DNA of 63,193 nt, filler included, from Craspedostauros australis (GCA_030167865.1; 6 parts of 6 records of this genome joined end to end with filler, not necessarily neighbours in it), one strand, 5' to 3'; positions 1 through 12,637 are shown, counted from the first letter of the whole stretch. The notes: generated by a model not told the origin, from the letters alone. Numbers and translations are program-made.

Positions 1-986
1 GACCTTCTTGTTGGCGATGATGACCTTCTTTCCGAGCGGGGAGACGAGCTTCTTGACTGGTCCCTCCCACTTGTCACCCTTCTCGGTGTCGGCGTTGCTG
101 ACCATGGCCTTGGTGATGGCGTTGAGGTATCCGGTGATGACCTCAAGTGGGAGAAGGACGCCGACGGAGAGGAAGTTGAACATATCGTGGACGGTGGCTC
201 CGGCGAAGGCGCGCTCGAGCTGGTCTCCATCTCCCAAATGGCCGATGGCGACGATGGTGTTGGTGACGGAGGTTCCGATGTTGGCACCCATGATCATGAA
301 GATTCCCTGCTTGACGGAGACGGCATCAGCACCGACGAGGGCGACGACGATGGAGGTGGTGGTGGAAGAAGACTGGAGGAGGACGGTGGCGAGGATACCA
401 ACCATGAGTCCGGCGATTGGGTTGGTCTCGTCTCCGAAGAGCTGTCCGGCGGTGCAGCCTCCCATGACCTTGGCTCCGGATCCGAGAAGGTCGAGTCCGA
501 AGAGGAAGAAGTAGAGGAAGAAGACGACGGTGGAGAATCCGAGGAAGATCATGACCCACTCCTCGGCGCTGTGAACGCAGCAGGTCTGGATGACCTCCTC
601 CCAGGAGGCGTTTCCGATATCGGCTGGGTCCTCGACCTCGAAGTCGACATCTCCGACGTGCATGGAGCCGGTTGGGCGGTCCTTGCGGCTCTTGGCCTCA
701 TCCTTGACGAGTTCTGGGTCCTGATCAGCCTGCGAAGGTATGGAGTTATTGTTGTTGAGGGTGGACGTGGACGTGGACGTGAACGTGAACGTGGACGTCG
801 TGGTTAAATTGACATGGAGAATTGGATGGGTGAGCGAGTGTATGAATGAGTTGAGCGGGCGGCTTCGAGAATGAAGATGACGATGTGCAGCACAACGCTC
901 GAATGCCCTTCAGTTACATTTGCATGTCTGCAGATGACGCCATGTCATTATCAACACAACTGGATGCTGATTTTGGGACGTACCAT
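1..986 (-). CDS. SLC34/NptA-type Na+/phosphate cotransporter, 5' part (runs off window); join(986..984, 729..<1)
   Basis: Minus-strand translation MADQDPELVK...FFLYFFLFGLDLLGSGAKVM...GILATVLLQSSSTTTSIVV...IMGANIGTSVTNTIV...AFAGATVHDMFNFL contains the QSSS and GANIGT signatures. Intron 983..730 (GTACGT...CAG), phase 0. Confidence 0.93.
761..798. repeat. Hexamer tandem repeat (GTGGAC/GTGAAC)x~6 inside the SLC34 intron
   Basis: gtggac gtggac gtggac gtgaac gtgaac gtggac gt. Confidence 0.85.
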
Positions 987-1503
987 GTTGACAATTGATT
1001 TGCTTTCAAACGGGGGATTTGTTTGTGTTTGTTGTTGTTGCGTTTGCGTTGTGCAAATTCAGTTTTTGTGAGGAGAAGGAGTGCGCTGATGAACTTCACA
1101 GGAGAGGAATGGGTGGAAGATCACGTGGGTGCGCGGAGGTGAGAGGGACAAAGGCAAGGAGGAACGCGCAAATTCCGTCCTCATCGAATGTGAGTGTTGT
1201 TGCTACTGCTGACGCGTGCAATCGAAGAACCAGGAAGCGTGAGGCGGACGGAAATGATAATTTGGTGGCGAAGGAATTCACCGCAAGGGAGTGTGCGGAG
1301 GTGACGGCGATCGTCAACATTTGTTTTTGGATCTTCACATCGTTGTCGTCTCAGCGAGGGTCGTTTGGCGTCGTTGACATCACGTTCGTTGGGTGCAAAC
1401 AACTTTTTGTCATCGGACCCACGATCAGCCAAGAACGAGCTTGTTGTCGCAGTCATCGTCACTTGACACCACTTCCGTATCAATCGGCACGCTCTGCGGT
1501 TAT

Positions 1504-2184
1504 GAGATTCAACAACTCTGTCCACGAATCTTCCGGACGTCTGCAACAAGGCGGAAGAAATGCTCAGGCGCTGTTGTTCCCTTCGGAGAAATAGATTTAT
1601 CCCTATCAGGATTGCATCAATTCGTTGTGTTTCTTCTTGTTGGATTCGGCTGTCGCTAGGGATCAGGAGACAAAGCAGTTGACGAAATCGTCTGAACTCT
1701 GTATTTGCAAATTTCCCCTCGACTGACATGGTTCAGACATGGAGATTCATCCAAAGAATCTCCTCGCGCGCAACACAAACTTCGGGAACTATGTTCAGAA
1801 ATGAATGGCAGGAAGATCCATTCGATCAAAAGAGACACATAACCCGATTCTACGATCCCTCCGCTACAAAACGAAGATGGACAAAATGAGGCATGTCGCT
1901 CAACCGATCGTGAAAATGTCATCCGCGAGCATTGATGTCGCAAGATGATCGTGATCTTCCAAAGGCTGTAGGACGATTTCTTCACTGACTATTTCGAAGT
2001 TCCGCCGTCAGAAATGACTTATGCGTCGACATACCAATAGGTCCTCGCCGACGTCATGCGAATCGAGATGCGCTTTTGCAAAACGACATCCTAAGCCCGA
2101 AGCGAATGTGATCGGACACGAAGTGAGCGTGGTTTGTGCCCACGTGGTGCGCATTGTCGGCCATGGACCATTCTGACGAATCTA
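1504..2184. promoter_or_regulatory. Cluster of putative PSR (phosphate starvation response) binding motifs YGAATCTH
   Basis: Perfect matches at 1504-1511(-), 1525-1532(+), 1742-1749(-), 2177-2184(+); near match AGAATCTC at 1755-1762(+). All lie upstream of the phosphate transporter. Confidence 0.65.
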
Positions 2185-2671
2185 AACATAGAAAACTGAC
2201 ATTTGCGCACGTTCCATCATCACGATGACAAAACTGTTTCTCCGGAATAGGCTACGATGGATGGGAAGTTCTCTATTTTATTTATCGGAGTGCCTGGCAT
2301 GTACGGAAAATCATCACGCAAGCGCTGGAGCGAAAATCGGACAGGTAGAACACCGGAGGCGACGGATTCAAATTCTCGCGAACAGGGCCGATTGGTGTTT
2401 GTTTTCGCACAAGTCCCTCACGGCGGTGTGGGTGCTTCTGGCCGTTGTCGTGTCGTGACATCGTTGTGGTGTTTCACCGTGATCACGATCACAGAGATAG
2501 GAGGTCGTGCTGTCCTGCGACTTTGGCTCTTGCCCTGAGTTGTCCACATCGTCTCACCCTCCATCCATCCATCCCCCACTCACTCATAAAAATCAAAAGC
2601 TGACAACCGAAAGCCGAAAAGCAACAGCCGAAAAGCAACAGCAATAGCAATCGCAAAGACTAGCTAACAAG

Positions 2672-3715
2672 ATGGTTCTCGAAGCACTCACTGATAGCAT
2701 CCGCGTCCTCCAGATCATGGGAGTGGAATACCGCAGACAGCGCCGCCGCCGCAAGATCATCCGCCGCTCCGAACGCAGCCGCCGCAGCCGAGAGCTTTCG
2801 GCATCCCAGCATGCCGAAGGCAGCGAGCGAAGCAACGACGACTGGACGCAGATCCAGCGATGGCAGGAGGCCACCCGCCTCGACGACTTCCTCCTCGATC
2901 GATCGCGGGCCTACGACAGCTCCGCCTTGGATTCCAACGAGCTGCTCGAGGACGAATCCGAGGCCTCCGATGCGTCCATCCCGTCCATGGCGTCCACCTC
3001 CGGCCACTCCGACCTGTCCTCGCGGTCCTTCTCTGTGGTGACAGCTGCCAGCCAGGAGCCGTACAGAGGAGAAACCCCACCAGCCTCCACCGCGGCCATT
3101 GTCGACCTCCTGCACCTGCGCCTGCGCGCAATTCCAAAGCCGGAGAAGCCCATCAGCACCGCCACTGACGTTGACAACAGTGAGAGCGCGGCTGAGAACG
3201 ACGACGATGACGACAACGCCCTCTGCTGCGTCATCTGCTCCGAGAACTTGGAGAACGGCGACGTGGTCTCGGTGCTGCCGTGCGGACACCTCTTCCACTC
3301 CTCCTGCGTCGTCCCGTGGCTCGCGCACAGATGCACATGCCCCAACTGCCGCTACGAGCTTGCGACCGACTGCCCGCACTTCGAGAATGGCCGCGAGGAG
3401 CGCATGAAGGGCCGCGGAATGAACCAGCAAACCGATGACGAAGGCGAGGCTGACGATCAGGATTCGCCAGACCAGAAAGAACCGCAGGATGCTGCCAGTG
3501 GCGATACCGAAGATTCCATCACCGACGAGGAAGGCGCATCCGCTTCGACGGCATCATCCAGCAGCCCGGGCGTTGCGGCCAACGAGCAGGGAACTGAGTC
3601 CACGCAGACCAAGAAGACACGGACAGTTCGCGCATGGTGTGGCTCGGTCGTTGTTCGATTGACCATGGAGGCAGAGGCCAGCAGTACCACTAAGAGTAAT
3701 AACAGCGACAATTAG
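2672..3715 (+). CDS. RING-H2 zinc-finger protein (putative E3 ubiquitin ligase)
   Basis: CVICSENLENGDVVSVLPCGHLFHSSCVVPWLAHRCTCPNCR is a C3H2C3 RING. Single exon with acidic, disordered flanks. Confidence 0.9.
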   Translation: MVLEALTDSIRVLQIMGVEYRRQRRRRKIIRRSERSRRSRELSASQHAEGSERSNDDWTQIQRWQEATRLDDFLLDRSRAYDSSALDSNELLEDESEASDASIPSMASTSGHSDLSSRSFSVVTAASQEPYRGETPPASTAAIVDLLHLRLRAIPKPEKPISTATDVDNSESAAENDDDDDNALCCVICSENLENGDVVSVLPCGHLFHSSCVVPWLAHRCTCPNCRYELATDCPHFENGREERMKGRGMNQQTDDEGEADDQDSPDQKEPQDAASGDTEDSITDEEGASASTASSSSPGVAANEQGTESTQTKKTRTVRAWCGSVVVRLTMEAEASSTTKSNNSDN

Positions 3716-3967
3716 GAAACAAAGACATTAGTCAGCACATCACACGTCACGAACCAGAGTGTAAGTATGGCATAGTATGATACGGTACCGTATGGTATCC
3801 GTATTAGTATTCGTATTAGTATTTGCATTAATATTAGTATGTATGCAGATCAATTGCTCCGCCCAAGCAGGCCAGATGAAGCTGTTGCACTCGGTACCCG
3901 CACGTGATTCATCACTGTGTTCATCGCATCACCCTCGGTTGAAATAGAGACGCCCTTACCAAAGACT

Positions 3968-5738
3968 CTACTTCATTACGAATTCACCAGGCATCCTCCG
4001 AAGCAGCTCGAACGCTTCAGTTGTCAGCTCACGAATGCAGCACGTGGACACCAGATGTTTCAGCCGATGACATGGATCGCCAACATCACCTCCTCCCGCC
4101 GCCGATGCCTGCTTGTTGTTGTGCATCGCCAGAACTTTCACCGAGGCTGACACGTTCCCCTCCATTTGCTTCTTCTTCAGGATGGGAGAAACCTCATCCC
4201 ACAGCCCGGCAAGGCCAAGCTCGTGGTCCACGTCGTCGTACAGCTCCAAACGCAACGGAGATGGCCTCGCTTCGCATGCCTCGCACAAAGCGCGGACACG
4301 GGCGCACCTGTTCTTCCCTTGTTTGCAAGTATAGCTGAAGCGATACAGGTCGGTATCGCCGAGCCTATACGCGCTTTCATTCATGGCGTTATACCTGTAT
4401 CCATCCATACAGTCATCCGTGTACACCACTATGTAGTCGGTATCCTCTTCTTCGTCATCATACTATAGTTGATCCGGCCAAACATAGAACCTCAGATGTG
4501 TGATGTGGTCACATTCCACCAGCTTCAGCAACGAATTCAGCCAAACAGCCGATCCGCAAACCCCAGACAGTTTGAGGTGTCGGATGTTGGAATTCGCAAC
4601 GATTTTCTGGATCAGCACCATGTACGCATCATCCCCCCCCCCCTTCATCGTAGAGACGGCAACAATCAAAGTCAAGATGGGTCAGCGAAGTGAAGTGATG
4701 CAACCCTTGCGCGAAGTCGCCGTAATTGATGGAGCATGACTTGGTACTGAGGAACTTCACGTTGCTGAGTGCGTTGCAAGAAACCGTGACCTCGTTGTTG
4801 GTCGCGACGCCCACGTTGCGCGCCAACGACGCTGGGAAGTCCCGCATGGCGTGCATGTTGGTTCTGTCGAAGAGGACTGAATGCGAACGGCGGAATGCCC
4901 ATCGCAGCGCGTTCTCGGAATAAGCTACCGAAAGACAGCTGATTCCATGAAAAGCAATGCTGGAGAATTGCACCAGCTGTCTGGTTGCACTCATATCCTT
5001 GCTCTTTGCATCATCATTCATCACCGTGGATCTCACTGTCGTCGCTGTCGCTGATGGCGAGGTTGGATCATCACGGTTGTCCGTCCCAGGTGTTCCCGGA
5101 ATCTGAAAAAGAGCGTAGAAGATGGAGAGGAACCGATGGACCTCGACCGTCCTCTCTCGAGCATCTGTCGTGGTTAGAAGCAGGCGAAGAAGGAAAGTGA
5201 ACGTGTTTCGTTGTCGAACCTCACGCATGGCCAATGGTTCGCTAATGATATTCTCGCGCATGATGCTGATACAGATCCCGCCCAACTTGCACGTGCCAAA
5301 CACCGAGTCTAGGTGATCGCTGAGACGCAGCACTCAAAACACGACGCACCCATGCTTGGCTGTGAAGTCGCGAAGCTGTTGCCAGGTGTACCCGCGCTCC
5401 AATATGACTGACCACTCAACTTCGGCCAGGTCAATGTCCCATGAGTTCGGAATCTGTTTGCCAAAGCCATTCCTTCCGATGGTCGCTGGCATCTTCGTCG
5501 AATCCGATGGATGCGAGTCGGAATTGGTTGGGACCCGTGCCAGAGGCTCCTCACCGTTCAGGATTCTCCACATCTTGTTTGTCGCCTCTTTCGTTGTGCT
5601 TCCCTTACCAGGATCTGGTGCGTCTTCGCGCATGCGGCGGGCAGGCTTCTTGTCCACTCTGTCTTCATCGCACTCGTCAATTTCTCCTTCTTCCCTTTCC
5701 CGTTTACCGGTGCCCGAATCGTTGACTTGCTCGGCCAT
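3968..5738 (-). pseudogene. Disrupted gene for an LRR/RNI-like hypothetical protein (~590 codons)
   Basis: Four ORF pieces join through an in-frame TGA (5336-5334), a frameshift at a G11 run (4633-4643) and an in-frame TAG (4465-4463). LRR-like segments FTSLTHLDFDCC, IRHLKLSG, ITHLRF. Confidence 0.6.
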
Positions 5739-7207
5739 CTTGCCGCGTTTTTTTGTGTCTTCCTTGCTGCCGAAGGGTATGAAGTTGTACTACAAGAGAT
5801 GTGGAGCTGCAGAGTTGGAGAGTTGTGGAGATGGAGAGACCAACTTGGTTTCTCACAACACAGAGAGAATGTGTGATCAAACACAGGAAGATCCACGAGT
5901 ACAGGGCGGAACGTGTGGATCGCACCCACTCTCTGGCGGATGTGATGAATCAGACCAACAACAACGATGATTCTGCACTCGCACGCATGCGTACACACGC
6001 GAAGAGAGGGTCGGACGCTGGTGCGCGTTCTGTTTCCGGAATGGAAAGATGCCGCCAACTCACAAAATGGGAAGTTGATGCGCGTAACTCAATTGTGTCA
6101 GAGTGAATCACGAATTTGGAAGATGGACAGACCAACACAACTAGCGCCAAACACCAAAATCCAGAATCTTGGCCGCAGCCGAGATCCGAGATCACAGTGA
6201 CCACCACAGTCTTTGGCACAACAACTGCTTGCGCTACAACTACACAACCATCAACACACAATTTGACACAAGTCGCGCAACGCTTCCGAACCTTGCATCC
6301 TCCTTCGTTGGCTACAAACAAGTCGCAGCAAGCATGCTCGCATTCATCGTGGCATCGCTGTGATCGAGCGTGGGCACCGTGCGTCGGAGACTTTCCGAAA
6401 GGTACGCATCTGATGTCTGGTTTGTGTTGGTGGGAGCGCGTCGGGCTCAGGGAGGTGGTCGTTGTGGTGCGTTGCCGTTGCACAGATCAAGTTGCCGGCT
6501 CCGTGCCATTCCATGGGCGTGTGAGTGTGTCGGCATGTCGGCGTGTTGGTCAGTCACATCGTCTGTTGCCATGGACAAGTGTCGACCGCGCCACACAAGA
6601 CAACACAAGATAACACAGCACAACGAATCAAAACAAAACAACCCTTCTAATTTTGGCGTTATAATCGCAGTGCTCCACGCACAACTTGACGATTATCGAT
6701 GTCACTCAAGGAGGGAACAATAACATCCTAGTGCCAACTCCAACAGCTTGTGGTTTCGTTTCATTGTTCTATTACGAATGTGGTATAAGTCGTATCATGA
6801 GTATAGAAGTTGGCAACACTTTCGTCTCACAGACAGCACTGCTCCACCGATTCTTCGTTTCGTTTGCGTTTCTCGTCTTTCGTCTTTCAATTCCCAGCCT
6901 GTGTCGCGCAGCCGAGGAGCGTTCGGCAGGCATGCAGCTGTTGCTGCCGATGCCAGTTCTACTCGCACAACGTCCTCTCGAAACCTTTGACTGATGCGGA
7001 AAGCCACAATGAGGCAACATTGAAGACGAAACACAGGAGCCTGCATCGCATTGTACTCAGAGTAAGCATCTTCTATTGGTCCGATCACGACACGAGCACG
7101 TATGCTCAGCAGAGGAACGAACAAGAACAGCAGACACTGGCACAGACACGGCGAATGAAGATCGGAGAAGGCGTCTTTGATTGATGGGCATGCTATCGCT
7201 CTTACTG

Positions 7208-9858
7208 TTATGACGATGCTTCAGCCTTGGTTAGTCCATCAATGACTCCCAGCTGGTAATCTTGCACATGATGCTGTCGCAAGAGGCTCTTCTCATGGAC
7301 GACATCGAAGAGGCTGGTGCCGTCCTTCCCGCACAGCTTCCGTATCATGTGCGCCCCGCCGGGGTGACGGTCTGCGAACACTGACAGATCAAACACCCCA
7401 CCGTGCACCACGATCCAACAATCGCGATCGGAGGCATGTCTCGCCACATCATCCATTGGGATGGGAGTCGTCTTCGGCAACGGCCCCCCATTTTCATCAG
7501 AAAGTACCACCCCTTTTGAAGAATGGTGTCCCACAGTGCCGCCGTGTCGACCAAGCGAATCGGCGACACTCTCTGCGCTGGTGGCGCCATCGACGTTGGA
7601 GGTGCCTGCTGATTCAGACGCCATGGGTTCCTCCATCATCTGGACCCCATGGCTTGCTGCATCCAAACGAATATCCGCCATAATCCGTCGTCCGATGATC
7701 CGCCCGAACACGACGCACTCAAGAAGGCTGTTCCCACCCAACCGATTCTCCCCATGCAAACCGCCAGTAACTTCCCCAACAGCATACAGGCCGGGCACCA
7801 CGATGCGATCATCGTCGGTGTGGGTGACGTGAGCATGATTTCCGGGAGGTACGGCGTCAACATCTGATACATCCGCGGCATCAGCAGTAGCATAATCATC
7901 TTCCATAGCGCGATCGTTCAAAACTTGTCCATGTTCGTTGATTGCAAGTCCTCCCATGCAGTAGTGCAGCACAGGCGTGACGAATCCAACATGAAACACC
8001 TCAGTCTCGTAGTCCTCCAACGCGAACACATTCTGGAAGACTGTCTTGCCGAATTCGTCCACTCCCTTGCCCTTCGCGGATGCCTTGTACTGGTCGAGAG
8101 TTGTCCGGATTGTCTGTGGATCCACTCCGTCTCCCACCCACTCGGCCAAGGCCCGAACGCCAACGACCTCCTTCATCAATCCTTTCGCCTTGTACCATAG
8201 CAGGTGCTTGTCGACGATGTCTGCCGCACGCGATGAGAGAACCAATCCAAATCGACGAGGATGGGTGGAACTTGGAGCATCTGCTTGTGCCCTGGCATCA
8301 TCCATTCTGTTCATCATGATGTCGGAAATGTACTTGCGAGTGCCAAGTTCGTTGCAAAAGCTACCCATGCAGCGACGCAGTGATCGTGGTCGTGACGGTG
8401 GGATTCACAGCAATAAGAGTAGCGGCGAAGCAAGACGAAACAAGATGCAGCATGATTACAATGGGATTGAGGCATACCCAGACGAAGAAGTGTGAGTTGC
8501 TTGTTTCGGTTGGCAGTAGGCAGAGGATGCATTGATACGGACAGTGCCATTCGGATCAGCATCAATCTCAACATTGGTGCTTCCATTCCCACTTACCGCT
8601 CTCCTTTCTCGTTCAGAAGAATCCCCCCAACACCTCTCAGCACTTCCGCCGCCAACACTTTGCGTGTGCTGTCCGGATCCTCAGGATCCACAAATCCTGT
8701 GGGATGAACCTGAATGTACTCCATATCTGTCCACATCGCACCAGCGCGATAGCCCAAGTGCAGCCCATCGCCCGTTGCCCACGTTCCGGAGGTGGTGGAT
8801 GTCACGGACTTGAGATCAGGTCGGATTTCATGGACGAACTGAGTGTTTGCGGCAAAGCCCCCCGTCGCGAGAACTGTGGAGCGCGAACGTAGCGTGTGAA
8901 GGTTGGATGCATCCGCGCCGAAATGGAACCGAATGCCTTGCACGCCATCTCGAGCGGATTCGTCTCCTTCTTGTGTTCCGAGAATATCGACGACGGTTGC
9001 GTTGGTTAGGACTCGCACGGACCCGCTCGAGGGCTCCATACTGCGGCTTTCATCTTGGTACTGCTCCAACTTTTGAGTGAGCGTTGCAATCAACGACGAT
9101 CCGATCATCCCCGTTTTGGGGCGGAATGTTCTGGGCGCCGAGTGCCCCCCAAGCTGCGAAACGAGAGGCAGGAATCGACTGCCACCTGCATCATTTTGAT
9201 CCTGATGGCCGGCCTCAAGCCAAGCCAGCACATCGGAGCTCTCTGTCACGAGCGTCTCCATGAGCATTCGTGATCTTGATCGGATGGGGTGGTGAACCTG
9301 GCTGTTGTGAGACGTGATGGTATCACTCAAGAAGAGCGGAACCGAATCGTTGTTCAGAAAGCGCGGTGCATGCTTGCTCGGAGAAGTGCGTTGCCCCCGC
9401 AGAGTGGGAGAATCCGCATCGTTTGTTGGCACGAGGCCATTGATACCCGACGTTGCCTTCTTGGAATTTCCTCCGAGGTAGGGTTCCTTCTCCACGAGGA
9501 GGACGGAACCGCCACGCTCCGCCATCGTCAGGGCAGTCACGATTCCACCAAGGCCGCCACCAATGACGATGGCATCGTACGGGTGCTCGCGGTGCAGTGT
9601 CTGCAGGATGGAGTCATGTTGATGGTTGTGCTCATGATGGTGGGCTGAATCAGTCTTCTCTTGTCCGATCTGAACAACGGGTTGGGATGGAGCGTCAGGG
9701 GATGCGGTGACAGATGCCGTTGCGGATGGCGGGAACATGAAGCTCGAAAGAGGCTGGAAGCACGGGAAGTACTGGAACAAGTAGGAGATGCTCGCCCATT
9801 GCAACACGAGAAGGAGGATCATGGACTTGAACAGATGCGATACCGACAGTGCTGTCAT
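7208..9858 (-). CDS. FAD-dependent fumarate reductase (Osm1/flavocytochrome c type) with C-terminal cytochrome b5 domain; join(9858..8597, 8360..7208)
   Basis: Motifs [42 protein letters not shown], spliced [31 protein letters not shown]. b5 motif [22 protein letters not shown]. Hydrophobic N-terminus. Start codon is inferred. Confidence 0.9.
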
Positions 9859-10611
9859 CTGCGATGTCGAAATCAATGAGCTTGCGATGGCGATCCAAAT
9901 GGATAAAGTAGAATAGACTTGCTTTGATTTGACTTGGCTTGATGATGGCTGCTGCGATTGATGGCTGCTGCGATTGTTGTTGTTGTTGTTGTGGCAACCA
10001 AAACAGGCACAGGATGTGAAGATGCAGAAGTGTGTGTTGTGCGAGGAGTAGATCGTACCTTCCACACAACAGGAGGGCAAGGCGCACGAGCAAAACAGGC
10101 AACAGCCAACACACAACAAATGATCGGTTCGGCAGGTGTTCGGTTTGTCCGCTTGATGGGTTCGGTTCGCGTTCGAATGAGACAATCGAGCGGGTCGATT
10201 TCGGAGAAACTTTGGGCGGACGATTTCGTCCGATATTCGACAAAAACGGAATAGCAAATCGAACAAGTCGACGAAATGAAGCAACGTGTGAGATGCCGAA
10301 CAAAACACAGAACAATTCACGGTTGACACGACACGACACGACACGACACAACAGGACACGACCAAGAAGAGGAACAGACATCATGGTTGTTGGTGTTGTG
10401 ATTGTTTGGATGTGGCAGCGTCTGTCATTGTTGTCCATTCCTTGTGTGTGCGTTGGATGGGTGAGCGGCGTTCGTCTGTCACAGCCGCACAAGTACCACA
10501 CCACGAGTACGATACCAATCCTCCACACTTCTTGCTCCAACGTCGTTGTCGGCAAGACCATCAAGTTGTTGCAAAGATCCGAGGAAAGCAGAGGAGTCAT
10601 TCAGCCGCGTT

Positions 10612-10662
<51 letters not shown>
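10612..10662. repeat. (ATC)17 microsatellite in a divergent intergenic/5'UTR region
   Basis: Direct read. Confidence 0.95.
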
Positions 10663-10663
<1 letters not shown>

Positions 10664-10806
10664 ACAACAACAATCTAATCACAAGCGCAAGCTCGCTTGA
10701 ACAAGGCCCACTTGAACCAACGGAAGGAGGAGGAAAGAGGGACGCATCGGCAACACCACCAAGAACGAGAGGACGGAAGAAGCCACAGAGCAGGACGCAG
10801 CAAGAG

Positions 10807-11304
10807 ATGAGGCAAGCGGCTCATGGATCAGCTCACACGAATGTGCTGGACATGGATGGCAACGATCTGGAGCTCTCCATCCCTCGTACTGTTCGTCACA
10901 GAACGGAGGCTGCGTCTGCTGCCACAGAAATGAGGGAAAAGGAGGGTCCTTCAACGTCAGCATCGACGTCAACATCGACATCAACATCGACGTCAACATC
11001 CACTTCATTGCCAACTTCATTGCCAATCTCGTCAGCATTGCCAGTGTCGTCAGCATTGCCAGTGTCGTCGCCGCTGCCATCCAATCAGCGAACATGGCGT
11101 CCTCCGACACCGCTCTCGTCGCCGACTGCAGCGTCGAACGGAGCCGCAGCTGCTGCTGATGGAAAGCATGGTGAGAATGCATCGGTACGTGCTGAGTCTT
11201 CTAATGTCACGGGAGAGGATGGGGCAACCATCAGTGGGCCATCAGGGGAGCATGCACAGGGTGGATCGTCATCACAGCAGCAGCATCAGCAGCAGCATCA
11301 GCAG

Positions 11305-11342
<38 letters not shown>

Positions 11343-12474
11343 GCAGCAACAGCAACAACAGCAGCAACCACCGCAGAAGCAAAAGAAGGAGAAGGTGCGA
11401 CGTGCGCCTCGGACAGAGCAGTCGCGACAACGCTACCATTCCGTCAGCACGTCGACCTCCACAGATCAGCATGGATCGCAACCGCAGCAGCTGCAATCCA
11501 CCAACCAATCGAACAGCACGGAATCAGCGACGCAACCCAACACGGAGGATCGTCTTCGTCAGGATTGTGCGTTCTTCTACCGTGGCATGGAGGACGGAGC
11601 AAATACTGCAGCTGCGCGTGAGAACGAAGTGGGAGAACCACCATCTCCATCTCCCTCCAGACGCCATCACGGTCGACGCTTCAGGGCGTTGCTGGCTCGT
11701 TCCCCGTCATCGGGGCTCACGACTCCCTACCATCTCAGCGGGATAGTTGGCGATTTCCTCCCTGTCACCGCCTCTGGACGAAGTCGTGGCGATGCTCGCT
11801 TTCGAGCAACCTACGAACGTCTCAACCAGACCATGCAACCAGCATCGCCCGATCGACATGGCGCGGACTCAGACGATGACGATCTCTACCTCTACGACAA
11901 TGGCGCTGCAAATGGCAACGGTTACGATCGTGCAACGCTGTCCCGTCGCCATTCCGTGGAGACGCAAAACTCCACCATGATTTACGAGCAGAATGGGAGA
12001 CTGTTGCTGCGGCTTCCGCGTGATCAGGTGCGGCTCATCATGGATCCAGACATGGAGCCAGGGATCGTCTCGGTTGAGCAGTGGAGGAGAGAGGGTGGCG
12101 ATGATGGCAACTTTGCCAATGCTCGCGCTTACCCAACAATGCACAGCGTGCCACAAGCACAAAACCTCGAACCTGGAACAGCTGCGGACCTCGACCATGG
12201 CAACAGCGCTCACACTGCGTTGACAAATGAAATCTCCATCCACGGTAGAAACCACAACTCGGATAGCACGCCGCCTCCCCTCTGCTACACGCTGTCGGTT
12301 CCGGATGATCTGTACCGCCGCGTCGTGTCCGAAATGAGCGATGGGACGATCGGTCCATCCTACAAGCGCTGCTGCCAGGATTCGGAACGCGCTGACATTC
12401 GCCTCGCCTTGGCCATCCTGGCCGTCATCATGATCTTGATGCTCGTGGGCAGTCTGGAGTGGCCGACGGAGTAG
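10807..12474 (+). CDS. Hypothetical polyQ, low-complexity protein with a C-terminal transmembrane helix (tail-anchored candidate)
   Basis: Long ORF, first ATG at 10807. ST repeats and a polyQ tract; ordered-looking block MIYEQNGRLLLRLPRDQVRLIMDP...YTLSVPDDLYRRVVSEM; terminal IRLALAILAVIMILMLVGSL. Confidence 0.75.
11275..11367 (+). repeat. CAG/CAA coding repeat (polyQ)
   Basis: QQQHQQQHQQQ... about 30 codons. Confidence 0.9.
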
Positions 12475-12637
12475 AGCAGAATAATAAACACTTTCTAAAA
12501 TGGAACATTTGTAATGGTAGAGGTGTATGCACTGACATGTAGTCAAGTTTTCGCAGTAGTACTCGTACTCGTAGTAGTACAGTAAGTGCATCACGAGAAG
12601 ATTTGTAGCAGAGCAGAGAATGTCCACCGCGAAGACG

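Noticed and set aside
1..729. Initial impression of a silicon transporter
   Set aside because: The QSSS and GANIGT motifs identify SLC34, and no SIT GXQ pattern was seen.
8..807. Plus-strand ORFs 8..514 and 187..807
   Set aside because: Antisense shadows of the codon-biased SLC34 gene.
5800..7200. Several short overlapping ORFs
   Set aside because: No coherent gene model or recognisable domain.
9859..10806. N-terminal ORF extensions (590-aa and 642-aa versions; poly-Ile/His/Met/Ser ORFs)
   Set aside because: They use non-ATG starts and run through microsatellite and UTR-like sequence.
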